A stretch of DNA of 32,000 nt, taken from contig NZ_CP011304.1 of NCBI RefSeq assembly GCF_000981785.2, positions 3,360,001 through 3,392,000 of the forward strand, in the 5' to 3' direction. The notes beneath the pieces were generated by a model that worked only from the letters and a program-made list of their open reading frames with translations, was not told the origin of the DNA and did no database searches. Position numbers and translations under genes: made by a program. Positions 1 to 7,335 of this stretch are shown piece by piece; positions within the stretch are counted from its first letter, which is position 1; each line of letters opens with the position of its first letter. The stretch is from Microcystis aeruginosa NIES-2549 (lineage in GTDB: Bacteria > Cyanobacteriota > Cyanobacteriia > Cyanobacteriales > Microcystaceae).

Positions 1-1052
1 CCTTCGCCATCTTTGAAAACAGGGTGTCCTAACCAAGATTTAGCGATACCGTCACCGCTATCCATGGCACCAGTACGGAATAAACCACCTTTAGCGGGGC
101 TATTACCGACATAATCATAGAAAGCCAGTTTTTCGGGGATTGCTTGGTAAGCTTCGGCGATGGTGGCCCCATTGGCGATGCTGGCCTCCACACGACGCTC
201 AATTTCTTCTTGGAAATAGCCCTTATCCCATTGGTAACGGGTCGGGCCAAAGAGTTCTATCGGCGTGGTAGCATTACCGTACCACATGGTTCCAGCCACA
301 ACGAAAGCGGCAAAGAAAACGGCGGCGATACTGCTAGAAAGCACCGTTTCGATATTACCCATTCTCAGGGCTTTATAGAGTCTTTCGGGGGGACGAACGG
401 TTAAATGGAATAAACCGGCGATAATCCCAACGATACCCGCAGCAATGTGGTGAGCTACCACACCCCCGGGGTTAAAGGGGTTAAAACCAGCCGGTCCCCA
501 TTCCGGAGCTACGGGCTGCACATGACCGGTTAAACCGTAGGCATCGGAAACCCACATCCCAGGACCCCAAAGGCCTGTTTGATGGAAAGCACCGAAACCA
601 AAGCAAAGTAAACCGGATAAGAACAGGTGAATACCGAACATTTTCGGCAAATCGAGGGCAGATTCGCCCGTGCGGGGATCGACGAATAATTCTAAATCCC
701 AGAAAACCCAGTGCCAAACGGCCGCTAGGAATAGCAGACCGGATAAGACGATATGAGCGGCGGCAACGCCTTCAAAAGACCAGAAACCGGGGTCAACACC
801 AGTTTCGCCGGTGACGCTCCAGCCACCCCATGAACCGGTGACACCTAAACGGGCCATGAAGGGCAGCACGAACATTCCTTGCCGCCACATCGGGTTTAAT
901 ACGGGGTCACTGGGGTCGAAAATAGCAAGCTCATAGAGGGCCATGGAGCCAGCCCAACCCGCTACCAGTGCGGTGTGCATCAGGTGAACGGAAATTAAAC
1001 GGCCCGGGTCGTTGAGAACGACTGTGTGTACTCGATACCAAGGTAGTCCCAT
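1..1052 (-). CDS. psbB: Photosystem II CP47 chlorophyll apoprotein PsbB, N-terminal ~350 codons (3' end lies beyond the window)
   Basis: Not in the ORF track because it runs off the left edge. The reverse complement from the ATG at 1052-1050 reads [71 protein letters not shown]...[25 protein letters not shown]...[10 protein letters not shown] and stays open to position 1. This is the canonical CP47 sequence. A GGAGGAG Shine-Dalgarno lies at 1061-1067 on the minus strand. Confidence 0.96.
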   Translation of the reverse strand, partial: MGLPWYRVHTVVLNDPGRLISVHLMHTALVAGWAGSMALYELAIFDPSDPVLNPMWRQGMFVLPFMARLGVTGSWGGWSVTGETGVDPGFWSFEGVAAAHIVLSGLLFLAAVWHWVFWDLELFVDPRTGESALDLPKMFGIHLFLSGLLCFGFGAFHQTGLWGPGMWVSDAYGLTGHVQPVAPEWGPAGFNPFNPGGVVAHHIAAGIVGIIAGLFHLTVRPPERLYKALRMGNIETVLSSSIAAVFFAAFVVAGTMWYGNATTPIELFGPTRYQWDKGYFQEEIERRVEASIANGATIAEAYQAIPEKLAFYDYVGNSPAKGGLFRTGAMDSGDGIAKSWLGHPVFKDGE

Positions 1053-1266
1053 TGACTACGCTCCTCCTATTAACAATTTAGTGTCCACTTAGACGCTTTT
1101 TATATTCAGGGTCAAAATATAAGCCCAACAATCTCGACTGTTAAGTGCAAGAGTTAGCCAACCTACATTATCCCTTGAAAAGTGTATCTATTCTAAAGAA
1201 GTGTAACTATTGTTAGAACAGATTTCAAGTGCTTGCGATCGATCTTCCGCCAGAATATTCCAGATA

Positions 1267-1382
1267 GGGGTGTAGGGTGTGGGGTGTGGGGTGTGGGGTG
1301 TAGGGTGTGGGGTGTGGGGTGTGGGGTGTGGGGTGTGGGGTGTGGGGTGTGGGGTGTGGGGTGTGGGGTGTGGGGTGTGGGG
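1267..1382. repeat. Tandem heptamer array, 16 units of GGGGTGT (two AGGGTGT variants) plus a terminal GGGG
   Basis: Counted directly: units at 1267, 1274, ... 1372, all in 7-bp phase. ORF-track entries 1188..1502(-) and 1233..1421(+) are translations of this array (PHTPHPT / GVWGVGC periodicity). Confidence 0.97.
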
Positions 1383-1407
1383 AGAATAAATAAAAATAAT
1401 CTCCCGT

Positions 1408-1501
1408 CTCCTGAATCCTAACTCCTGAATCCTAACTCCTAACTCCTGAATCCTGATAACTGATAACTGATAACTGATAACTGATAACTGATAACTGATC
1501 A
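1408..1501. repeat. Tandem heptamer-phased arrays: CTCCTGAATCCTAA x2 plus partial units, then CTGATAA x6 plus a CTGATCA variant
   Basis: Read directly. The CTGATAA units begin at 1453, 1460, 1467, 1474, 1481 and 1488. The last variant unit, CTGATCA (1495-1501), supplies the TGA stop (1501-1499, minus) of the upstream gene. Confidence 0.95.
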
Positions 1502-1822
1502 CTTCCTCAGTAGTTCTTCGGCATTTTGCAGGATTTCGAGGACTTGTTCGGCACTAATCAAGCGTTTTAGCACCACTTGCCCGATGGTGGGGACAGTATC
1601 GGCAATTTCGGCACTCTTGGGGGCAACTTCCACCATAATCACGGCTTCTTCCACCTTATAAAGCCATAAAACCTGTTCTCCCTCTAAAATACCGATATTT
1701 AATCGCTCTATCTGCGGTGGTCGTCGCCAACTACTCGCATGGTCCCACAAACCGCCAAATTCCCACACCCGTCCTATTGTCCAACCTGCCGTTAAGAAAA
1801 AATATTTCACTTTGTTACTCAA
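1499..1822 (-). CDS. Conserved hypothetical protein, 107 aa, downstream of tatC
   Basis: Clean ORF, same strand and 66 bp downstream of tatC. Its protein-like, non-repetitive composition (GWTIGRVWEFGGLWDH...) suggests a small cyanobacterial protein. I cannot name the family with certainty. Confidence 0.65.
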   Translation of the reverse strand: MSNKVKYFFLTAGWTIGRVWEFGGLWDHASSWRRPPQIERLNIGILEGEQVLWLYKVEEAVIMVEVAPKSAEIADTVPTIGQVVLKRLISAEQVLEILQNAEELLRK

Positions 1823-1888
1823 TCTAGAATCAATCTCTAGCTTTCTGGCTTAATTAGTTTTCAGCCGTCAAATTTTATCAAAAAACTG

Positions 1889-2650
1889 CTAACGTCCCGT
1901 TAATTTCACCACCCCAATGCCCCCAAAGTATAGACCCAAGACCGCCCCTGCTAACAGGGATTGGGTGAGAGGATCTGTAGAAGGGGTTAAAATCGCGCCT
2001 AAAATCACCGCCCCCAAAACCACGAAACGCCAACCCGATAACATCGTTTGCGAGGAAATAATGCCTAAAAAGCTTAAAATCAATTGAATAACGGGAATTT
2101 GAAAGGCGATGCCAGTACTAAAAAGTAAAAGTAAGACAAATTCAAAATAGCGCTCGATCGACCAAGCTTGTTCGACCACTTCCGCCCCATAACTGACAAA
2201 AAAGTTTAAAGCGGCGGGAATCAGGGCAATATAGGCAAAAAATAAACCAGCAAAAAATAAAACACTTGATCCTAACACTACCGGGACAATTAAACGCCGT
2301 TCGCGACGGGTTAACCCCGGCAGCACAAAGAGGATAATTTGTAAGAGAATGACCGGACTAGCCACCAGTATGCCGCTATATCCAGCTACTTTTAGGGAGA
2401 CGAAAAAAAATTCTCCCGGGGCCAACTGCAAAAATTTTACCCCTTGGGCGGGGACTTCCAGCACTTGTACTAGGGGTTTAACGAAGATAAAACATCCCAC
2501 CGCACCCACAGCCACGGCAATTAAACTATAAAAAATCCGGCGCCGCAACTCCTCCAAGTGGTCAAATAAGGACATTTCCACTTCTCCGGGTAACTCATCG
2601 AGGAATTCAGGACTGTCTGGGGGTGGGGTTTTTACTTCTGTCGATGACAT
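1889..2650 (-). CDS. tatC: Twin-arginine translocase subunit TatC
   Basis: 253 aa, with the typical TatC N-terminal region [21 protein letters not shown] and several hydrophobic segments (...[13 protein letters not shown]..., ...[11 protein letters not shown]...). Confidence 0.93.
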   Translation of the reverse strand: MSSTEVKTPPPDSPEFLDELPGEVEMSLFDHLEELRRRIFYSLIAVAVGAVGCFIFVKPLVQVLEVPAQGVKFLQLAPGEFFFVSLKVAGYSGILVASPVILLQIILFVLPGLTRRERRLIVPVVLGSSVLFFAGLFFAYIALIPAALNFFVSYGAEVVEQAWSIERYFEFVLLLLFSTGIAFQIPVIQLILSFLGIISSQTMLSGWRFVVLGAVILGAILTPSTDPLTQSLLAGAVLGLYFGGIGVVKLTGR

Positions 2651-2834
2651 GGCTTTGGCTCGATCGTTCTCTACTCAAGCCTTTATCCTAGCATTGATAA
2701 CCCTTAGCTATTAGCCGTCAGCTATCAGAATCATTCCAACATCGTCGGGTTTGCTCGGTGACAGGTTGCCAATCCAGAACTCAACCCACCAGAGCGGCAT
2801 CGCACTTTAACCCACAGTTTCAATAAATGTGCAT

Positions 2835-2897
2835 GGTGCGTTCCCCAAAAATCGATCGGTGGAGCAGTAGGACTTGCATTAGGGAACGCACCCTACA
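2835..2897. repeat. Hairpin element, class GGTGCGTT...AACGCACC-CTAC (11-bp stem, 36-nt loop)
   Basis: GGTGCGTTCCC (2835-2845) pairs perfectly with GGGAACGCACC (2882-2892), followed by CTACA. A second element of the same type is at 27753-27818. Confidence 0.75.
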
Positions 2898-2911
2898 GCG
2901 ATAGCGATCGC

Positions 2912-2954
2912 ACTTTCGGCATATCACGCCTAAATGGGGTGATATGCCGAAAGT
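2912..2954. repeat. Perfect 16-bp inverted repeat (hairpin, 11-nt loop)
   Basis: ACTTTCGGCATATCAC (2912-2927) and GTGATATGCCGAAAGT (2939-2954) are exact reverse complements. The hairpin lies in the tatC/acsF divergent intergenic region. Confidence 0.9.
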
Positions 2955-3101
2955 TTCCATATATCACCCCCAAAAGCTTGTTAGCCAGATTAGCATATTG
3001 CCAAAAACCTTGTTGGCTCTCTTATTTTTTGTGTGATAAGTTTAACTTATATAGTAGTGATCGATCTCTGTGTCCTTTGTGCCTCTGTGGTTCGTTCCAT
3101 C

Positions 3102-3164
3102 GGTTTTCAGTTCACCGATTACTGATGACTGTTTACCGATCACTGAACAAACCCCACACCCCAC
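3102..3164 (-). repeat. Heptamer-phased degenerate array (minus-strand reading: GTGGGGT GTGGGGT TTGTTCA GTGATCG GTAAACA GTCATCA GTAATCG GTGAACT GAAAACC)
   Basis: Read directly. It shares the module ATCGGTGAACTGAAAAC with the array at 18631-18706. Confidence 0.8.
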
Positions 3165-3374
3165 CTCTCCGAACAGTTGTCAAGACTCCCAGCGAAAAAT
3201 CCTCGTTTGTTTACACAGCTTAATTAAGAGTTGTAACTTTTAATGAACAGGAAGGGAGTGTAGGGCTGAGAGCTTGCTATAGTGAATCCTAGCCGTTTTT
3301 TCACGGCTCGTCATTATCATCTCAGAGCCTTTACTCGTCTCAATCATCATCCCAGAGTAAAACCAATAATCCCT

Positions 3375-4451
3375 ATGGTCAGCACGATCCAAAAACCAGA
3401 ATTCGAGGAAATCCGTCCGGGTATAAAAGTTCCCGCTAAAGAAACGATCCTCACTCCCCGCTTCTACACCACTGATTTTGAAGCGATGGCGGAAATGTCG
3501 ATCGCCGCTAACGAGGAAGAACTGAAAGCGATTTTAGAGGAATTCCGTACCGATTATAACCGGCATCACTTCGTTCGCAATCAAGAATTCGATCGCTCTT
3601 GGGAGCATATTGATGGCGAAACTCGTCGCTTATTCGTGGAATTTCTGGAAAGATCCTGCACGGCCGAATTTTCCGGCTTTCTTCTCTACAAAGAACTCGG
3701 CAGACGTTTAAAAAACAGAAATCCCGTCCTCGCAGAATGCTTTAACCTCATGTCCCGGGACGAAGCGCGTCACGCTGGATTTCTTAATAAGGCTTTATCG
3801 GATTTTAACCTCTCCCTTGACTTGGGATTTTTAACCAAAAGCCGTAACTACACCTTCTTTAAACCGAAATTTATCTTCTACGCCACCTATCTTTCCGAAA
3901 AAATCGGTTATTGGCGCTATATCACCATTTATCGTCATCTCGAACAACATCCCGAAGATCGGGTTTATCCGATTTTTAACTTCTTCGAGAATTGGTGTCA
4001 AGACGAAAACCGTCACGGGGACTTCTTTGATGCGATCATGCGTGCGCAGCCTGATATTCTTAATGATTGGCGCGCTCGTCTCTGGTGTCGTTTCTTCCTG
4101 CTTTCGGTCTTCGCTACGATGTATCTCAATGATACTCAGCGTTCCGGTTTCTACGCCATTCTCGGTTTGGACGCTCGCGAGTACGATAAGTATGTAATCG
4201 AGAAGACCAATGAAACCGCCGGCCGCGTCTTCCCGATTGTTCTTGATGTGGATAGTCCTGAATTTTATGATCGCCTAGAAATTTGTGTTCGCAATAACGA
4301 GGGATTACGGGCGATCGATAGCGAAAACAGTGCCGCACCAGTTAAATTCCTGAAGAAATTGCCTATCTTCGCCTCTAATGCTTGGCAATTCCTCAAATTG
4401 TACCTGATGAAACCGATTCGGGTCGATAAATTAGCCGGTAGCGTCCGTTAA
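3375..4451 (+). CDS. acsF: Aerobic Mg-protoporphyrin IX monomethyl ester oxidative cyclase (AcsF/CycI/ChlE)
   Basis: The track ORF 3282..4451 starts at a GTG. The internal ATG at 3375 ([18 protein letters not shown]...) gives 358 aa, the usual AcsF length. Di-iron motifs are present: [10 protein letters not shown] and [10 protein letters not shown]. Confidence 0.93.
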   Translation: MVSTIQKPEFEEIRPGIKVPAKETILTPRFYTTDFEAMAEMSIAANEEELKAILEEFRTDYNRHHFVRNQEFDRSWEHIDGETRRLFVEFLERSCTAEFSGFLLYKELGRRLKNRNPVLAECFNLMSRDEARHAGFLNKALSDFNLSLDLGFLTKSRNYTFFKPKFIFYATYLSEKIGYWRYITIYRHLEQHPEDRVYPIFNFFENWCQDENRHGDFFDAIMRAQPDILNDWRARLWCRFFLLSVFATMYLNDTQRSGFYAILGLDAREYDKYVIEKTNETAGRVFPIVLDVDSPEFYDRLEICVRNNEGLRAIDSENSAAPVKFLKKLPIFASNAWQFLKLYLMKPIRVDKLAGSVR

Positions 4452-4477
4452 AAAGTTTGTTTTCTTGAGACATGGTG

Positions 4478-4503
4478 AGGGTGGGTGAAACCACCCTTTT
4501 TTT
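4478..4503 (+). terminator. Rho-independent terminator after acsF
   Basis: AGGGTGG (4478-4484), loop GTGAAA, CCACCCT (4491-4497), then a run of T to 4503. Confidence 0.7.
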
Positions 4504-4576
4504 GTCGATAAAATTCTTAAGAAAATCCTCTGACATTTCTATCCTCGCTAGACTGGATCCTAGGGGTGTTAACTAG

Positions 4577-4600
4577 CTTTTTACTTTTTACTTTTCACTG
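4577..4600 (+). repeat. Pyrimidine-rich heptamer array CTTTTTA CTTTTTA CTTTTCA immediately 5' of the 4609 start codon
   Basis: Read directly. The same array type, in the same sense orientation relative to its gene, sits 5' of smpB (24287-24310). Confidence 0.85.
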
Positions 4601-4608
4601 TCAAAAAT

Positions 4609-5130
4609 ATGGCTATTTATAGTGAATTACCCACAGGACAACGTCTCTATCTCGATAATCAAGGGCTGCAGACGATTGTAACCCTCGCTAGTGGTGCTGT
4701 GGGACAACAACAGCAGTCTAGCAGTAGTTTTGCTACGGGAGTTTGGACAAAAGAACCCCAAATAGAGATAATTCCCCAAGGGGCAATTATTGAAATCATC
4801 AGTGAAACCGGACCCCACAGAATCCAAATTCAGGGAAGCAGTATCGGTTTTTCCTCCCCTCATACCTCTGGAGTTTCTCAGTCCTCTCAATCGACAACCG
4901 CTACCAGTTTCTCCTCCTCACCGATGCAACCGATGCAACCGATGCAACCGATGAAAATGGGTAATATGTCGATGAATTTTGCCCCCATGGAAATGGAGAT
5001 GGGAGATATGAAAATGAGTATGGGAGACACAAAAACCGTCAGTCAAGTGCGATTTTGTAGTCAATGCGGGGCAAAAGTAGCGGCAACCGATCGCTTTTGT
5101 AGTAGCTGTGGTCATCAGTTACAGCAATAA
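4609..5130 (+). CDS. Hypothetical protein with a Met-rich segment and a C-terminal double-CxxC zinc ribbon
   Basis: 173 aa. The C-terminus FCSQCGAKVAATDRFCSSCGHQL has the zinc-ribbon pattern CxxC-x10-CxxC. It is preceded by MQPMQPMQPMKMGNMSMNFAPMEMEMGDMKMSMGD. Confidence 0.75.
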   Translation: MAIYSELPTGQRLYLDNQGLQTIVTLASGAVGQQQQSSSSFATGVWTKEPQIEIIPQGAIIEIISETGPHRIQIQGSSIGFSSPHTSGVSQSSQSTTATSFSSSPMQPMQPMQPMKMGNMSMNFAPMEMEMGDMKMSMGDTKTVSQVRFCSQCGAKVAATDRFCSSCGHQLQQ

Positions 5131-5284
5131 AACCTGTTTAGCTAAATCTATAACTCCTTTTGTGGCAAAATTCTGTTTATATTGGCTGAATTGACCCGCT
5201 TCTAACCAGATTAACCCATAGTGATCGCAGTTTTCCCACCAAATCGGTTGTTTGTCTATGTCCAACATTCTTAACAGTGGGGAC

Positions 5285-5380
5285 AAGGGAGGGAAACACT
5301 CCCTCCCTTCCCTGATGGGTTACACAAAAGCTAGAACCTCTGGAAGTGTGTTACAAGGGATAGTCTGGCAACGAGGTAAA
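5285..5380 (+). repeat. Dispersed repeat, copy 1 (10-bp hairpin AAGGGAGGGA/TCCCTCCCTT plus the AGCTAGAACCTCTGGAAG...CAAGGGA...GCAACGAGGTAA core)
   Basis: Aligned by eye with 6397-6510 and 7336-7409. The hairpin at 5285-5309 is a perfect 10-bp stem with a 5-nt loop. Confidence 0.85.
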
Positions 5381-5415
5381 AAGCACTTTCGGAGCTTCTC
5401 GATTTTCTGTGATCA

Positions 5416-6204
5416 TCAGTGCTTATCATTCGATGGAAACTTTTTTTTGAGAATCGGTAGAAATCCTAAAACCAATACTGTACCCAAGATACTTAAGGAG
5501 GGTTCAGGGACACGCGTCAAGACAAATCCATTCATCGTAAAGATGCGATTTATATTGCTAGTATTGGTAGTTTGTCCAGTGACACCAAACTGATTACCCC
5601 CCGTCCAAAAACGCGCAATAACATCATTGATTCCGTCAGCCTGAAATTTCAACACGGCACTTCGACCCTGATTCAATCCGTAAGCTAAATTGTCGTGAAC
5701 ATTGCTGAAGGATGTTGCCCCGTTTGTACTAAGTTGCACATCCACAACACCATCTTGGTTGTTTGTATCAGTCAAAGGTATCGTGAGCAAATAGGAACCA
5801 GCCACTAAGCCAGCAAATTTTAAATCCTGTCCGAGATTTATACCATCACGCCCAGCAAAGTCGCGCAATAACAAATTTGTACCACCTCGATCAATCATGC
5901 GAAAAGCCGATGGACCGGAAACAGAAGCCAGCGTCACACCAATGCCGGTACCGCTATCCATTGAGCCAGTGTAACCAGTGGAGCCAGATAAATATGTGCG
6001 AGTCCCCGGTGCCGAGTTGTTGTTAAAAATAAATCCTGCATATCCAGAAGCGACGCTGCTATCGTTGGGACTGAAGTCAACTGATAGCTGCGATGCTGCT
6101 TGTCCGGGGACAGCAGCCGCCATCATCAGGCCTGCACCCGCCGCTAGGGCGATGGGAGCCAGCTTCAACTTGTCAAAGGTGCTATTTTTCAGTTTTGCAT
6201 CCAT
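5416..6204 (-). CDS. PEP-CTERM sorting-domain protein (secreted, Gly/Ser/Thr-rich)
   Basis: The C-terminus VPEPSLSILGTVLVLGFLPILKKKF has the PEP motif, a TM helix and a basic tail. The likely start is the ATG at 6204 (MDAKLKNSTFDKLKLAPIALAAGAGLMMAAAVPGQAA, signal-peptide-like) rather than the track start at 6294. Confidence 0.85.
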   Translation of the reverse strand: MDAKLKNSTFDKLKLAPIALAAGAGLMMAAAVPGQAASQLSVDFSPNDSSVASGYAGFIFNNNSAPGTRTYLSGSTGYTGSMDSGTGIGVTLASVSGPSAFRMIDRGGTNLLLRDFAGRDGINLGQDLKFAGLVAGSYLLTIPLTDTNNQDGVVDVQLSTNGATSFSNVHDNLAYGLNQGRSAVLKFQADGINDVIARFWTGGNQFGVTGQTTNTSNINRIFTMNGFVLTRVPEPSLSILGTVLVLGFLPILKKKFPSNDKH

Positions 6205-6396
6205 AATTGTTTGATCGAGATTGATAAATTCGTTTGCGATCGCTGTTTCCGTCGGTTGGGTGAAGACACAGCAATACCCAACACCAAAAAGCACCGATGA
6301 TCATACACACTTACCCCCCCCCACATTGTAGCTAAAAATACAATTTAATAAAATCTTTATATTTTTCTTCTGCCAAGGTTCTACCTGTAAGAAGAA

Positions 6397-6510
6397 AAGG
6401 GAAGGAGTGTCTCCCTCCCCTGAGCGGTTAGACAAGAGCTAGAACCTCTGGAAAGCCTTACAAGGGAGATCCTTGCAACGAGGTAAGACTATACAGAAAC
6501 GAGAAGAGCC
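6397..6510 (+). repeat. Dispersed repeat, copy 2 (both hairpins plus the AAACGAGAAGAGCC tail)
   Basis: GGGAAGGAG-TGT-CTCCCTCCC (6399-6419, one mismatch), core AAGAGCTAGAACCTCTGGAA, and a second hairpin TTACAAGG-GAGAT-CCTTGCAA (6458-6478). Confidence 0.85.
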
Positions 6511-6564
6511 AAGTTATCTTTGAAACTGCTATAATTAATAAAATCTCAAGAATAGTAAAATTAT

Positions 6565-6795
6565 ATGAATGCACTAAAATACCAAACAATCATCAAAAAT
6601 GGTCAACTTAGTTTACCTCCCCTCGACTTACCAGAAGGAACAGTTGTCGAAGCGATTTTATTGATTAAAGAAGCTGCTGAAATGGATGAAACCGACTATC
6701 TGCTTTCCACAGAAGCTAACCGTCAACATCTCCAAGAGGCAATAGAATCTCTGAAAAATCCTGATAGTTATATTTATGTAGATGCTGCTAACTGA
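6565..6795 (+). CDS. Antitoxin with a YefM-like C-terminal toxin-binding tail and a non-YefM N-terminus
   Basis: 76 aa. The C-terminal DETDYLLSTEANRQHLQEAIESLKNP parallels E. coli YefM [26 protein letters not shown]. The N-terminal IIKNGQLSLPPLDLPEGTVVEAILL resembles the DUF104-type small antitoxin fold. This comparison is from memory, with no search run. Confidence 0.8.
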   Translation: MNALKYQTIIKNGQLSLPPLDLPEGTVVEAILLIKEAAEMDETDYLLSTEANRQHLQEAIESLKNPDSYIYVDAAN

Positions 6796-7052
6796 TCAGG
6801 AAAGTCGCCTTTCTAACCCGAAGTTTTGATGAGTTTCATCAATGGGCGATCGCAGATAAAAAAGTTTACGCTAAAATTGTCAGCCTGATTAAAGATGTTC
6901 AAAGAAAGCCTTTTTCTGGATTAGGAAAACCAGAAGCATTCAAACATGAACTATCAGGATTGTGGTCACGACGCATTACAAAAGAACATCGCCTAGTTTA
7001 TAGCCTGTCTGATGAAGAAATTGTGATCATTTCCTGTAAATTTCACTACTAA
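6792..7052 (+). CDS. yoeB: YoeB/Txe-family mRNA interferase toxin, 86 codons, no canonical start (CTG at 6792 overlaps the antitoxin TGA); possibly a pseudogene
   Basis: Absent from the ORF track. Translation: LIRKVAFLTRSFDEFHQWAIADKKVYAKIVSLIKDVQRKPFSGLGKPEAFKHELSGLWSRRITKEHRLVYSLSDEEIVIISCKFHY*. It is collinear with E. coli YoeB (...[44 protein letters not shown]...CRYHY) and has no internal stops. A TAA lies in frame just upstream, at 6789-6791. Confidence 0.8.
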   Translation: MIRKVAFLTRSFDEFHQWAIADKKVYAKIVSLIKDVQRKPFSGLGKPEAFKHELSGLWSRRITKEHRLVYSLSDEEIVIISCKFHY

Positions 7053-7174
7053 TAATCCCCAGAAATTCCAGAACTAGCTGAGAGCAAGGCTCTTCTGGTT
7101 TTTGTGTGGAAGGAAGAAGAATAGGGATAATTTGGGTGCATCTCAATTTTGGACAAATATCTAGAGGACATTTT

Positions 7175-7250
7175 GGGCGCACGCGGTGCGCCCCTACCAT
7201 TGGCGCAATAATATTAATAATATTATTGTAGGGGCGAATTGCATTCGCCC
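7175..7250. mobile_element. MITE-like twin-hairpin element: [GGGCGCAC-GCG-GTGCGCCC]CTAC ... AT palindrome ... GTAG[GGGCGAAT-TGC-ATTCGCCC]
   Basis: Hairpins at 7175-7193 and 7232-7250. The central perfect 11-bp palindrome is CAATAATATTA-A-TAATATTATTG (7206-7228). The same architecture occurs at 30076-30143. Confidence 0.75.
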
Positions 7251-7335
7251 TCTTTGAATAACTTCTGCTGCTCACCTATAGGTGAGGGAAAGTCACAAAT
7301 TTAACACTCTTGAACACTTTAAACAGGATTTAGTA

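Noticed and set aside
29-717. Track ORFs 29..250(-), 144..404(+) and 481..717(-)
   Set aside because: All lie inside psbB in other frames or on the other strand. The psbB frame is open and unmistakable throughout.
1267-1501. Possible CRISPR array (regular short repeats here and at 18631 and 22313)
   Set aside because: The units are 7 bp and contiguous with no unique spacers. CRISPR repeats are ~24-48 bp separated by spacers, and no cas genes are present.
1188-1502. Track ORFs 1188..1502(-) and 1233..1421(+)
   Set aside because: Both are translations of the heptamer arrays, giving perfectly periodic PHTPHPT / GVWGVGC peptides. They show no independent coding signal.
2939-3223. Track ORF 2939..3223(+), 94 aa, Cys/Leu-rich
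   Set aside because: It starts inside the 16-bp hairpin and runs through the heptamer array at 3102-3164. Its composition is typical of translated repeat or intergenic DNA.
5252-5593. Track ORF 5252..5593(+)
   Set aside because: It reads through dispersed repeat copy 1 and then antisense to the PEP-CTERM gene. It has a TTG start and no motif.
7027-7275. Track ORF 7027..7275(-)
   Set aside because: It is composed almost entirely of the twin-hairpin MITE-like element and overlaps the yoeB 3' end.
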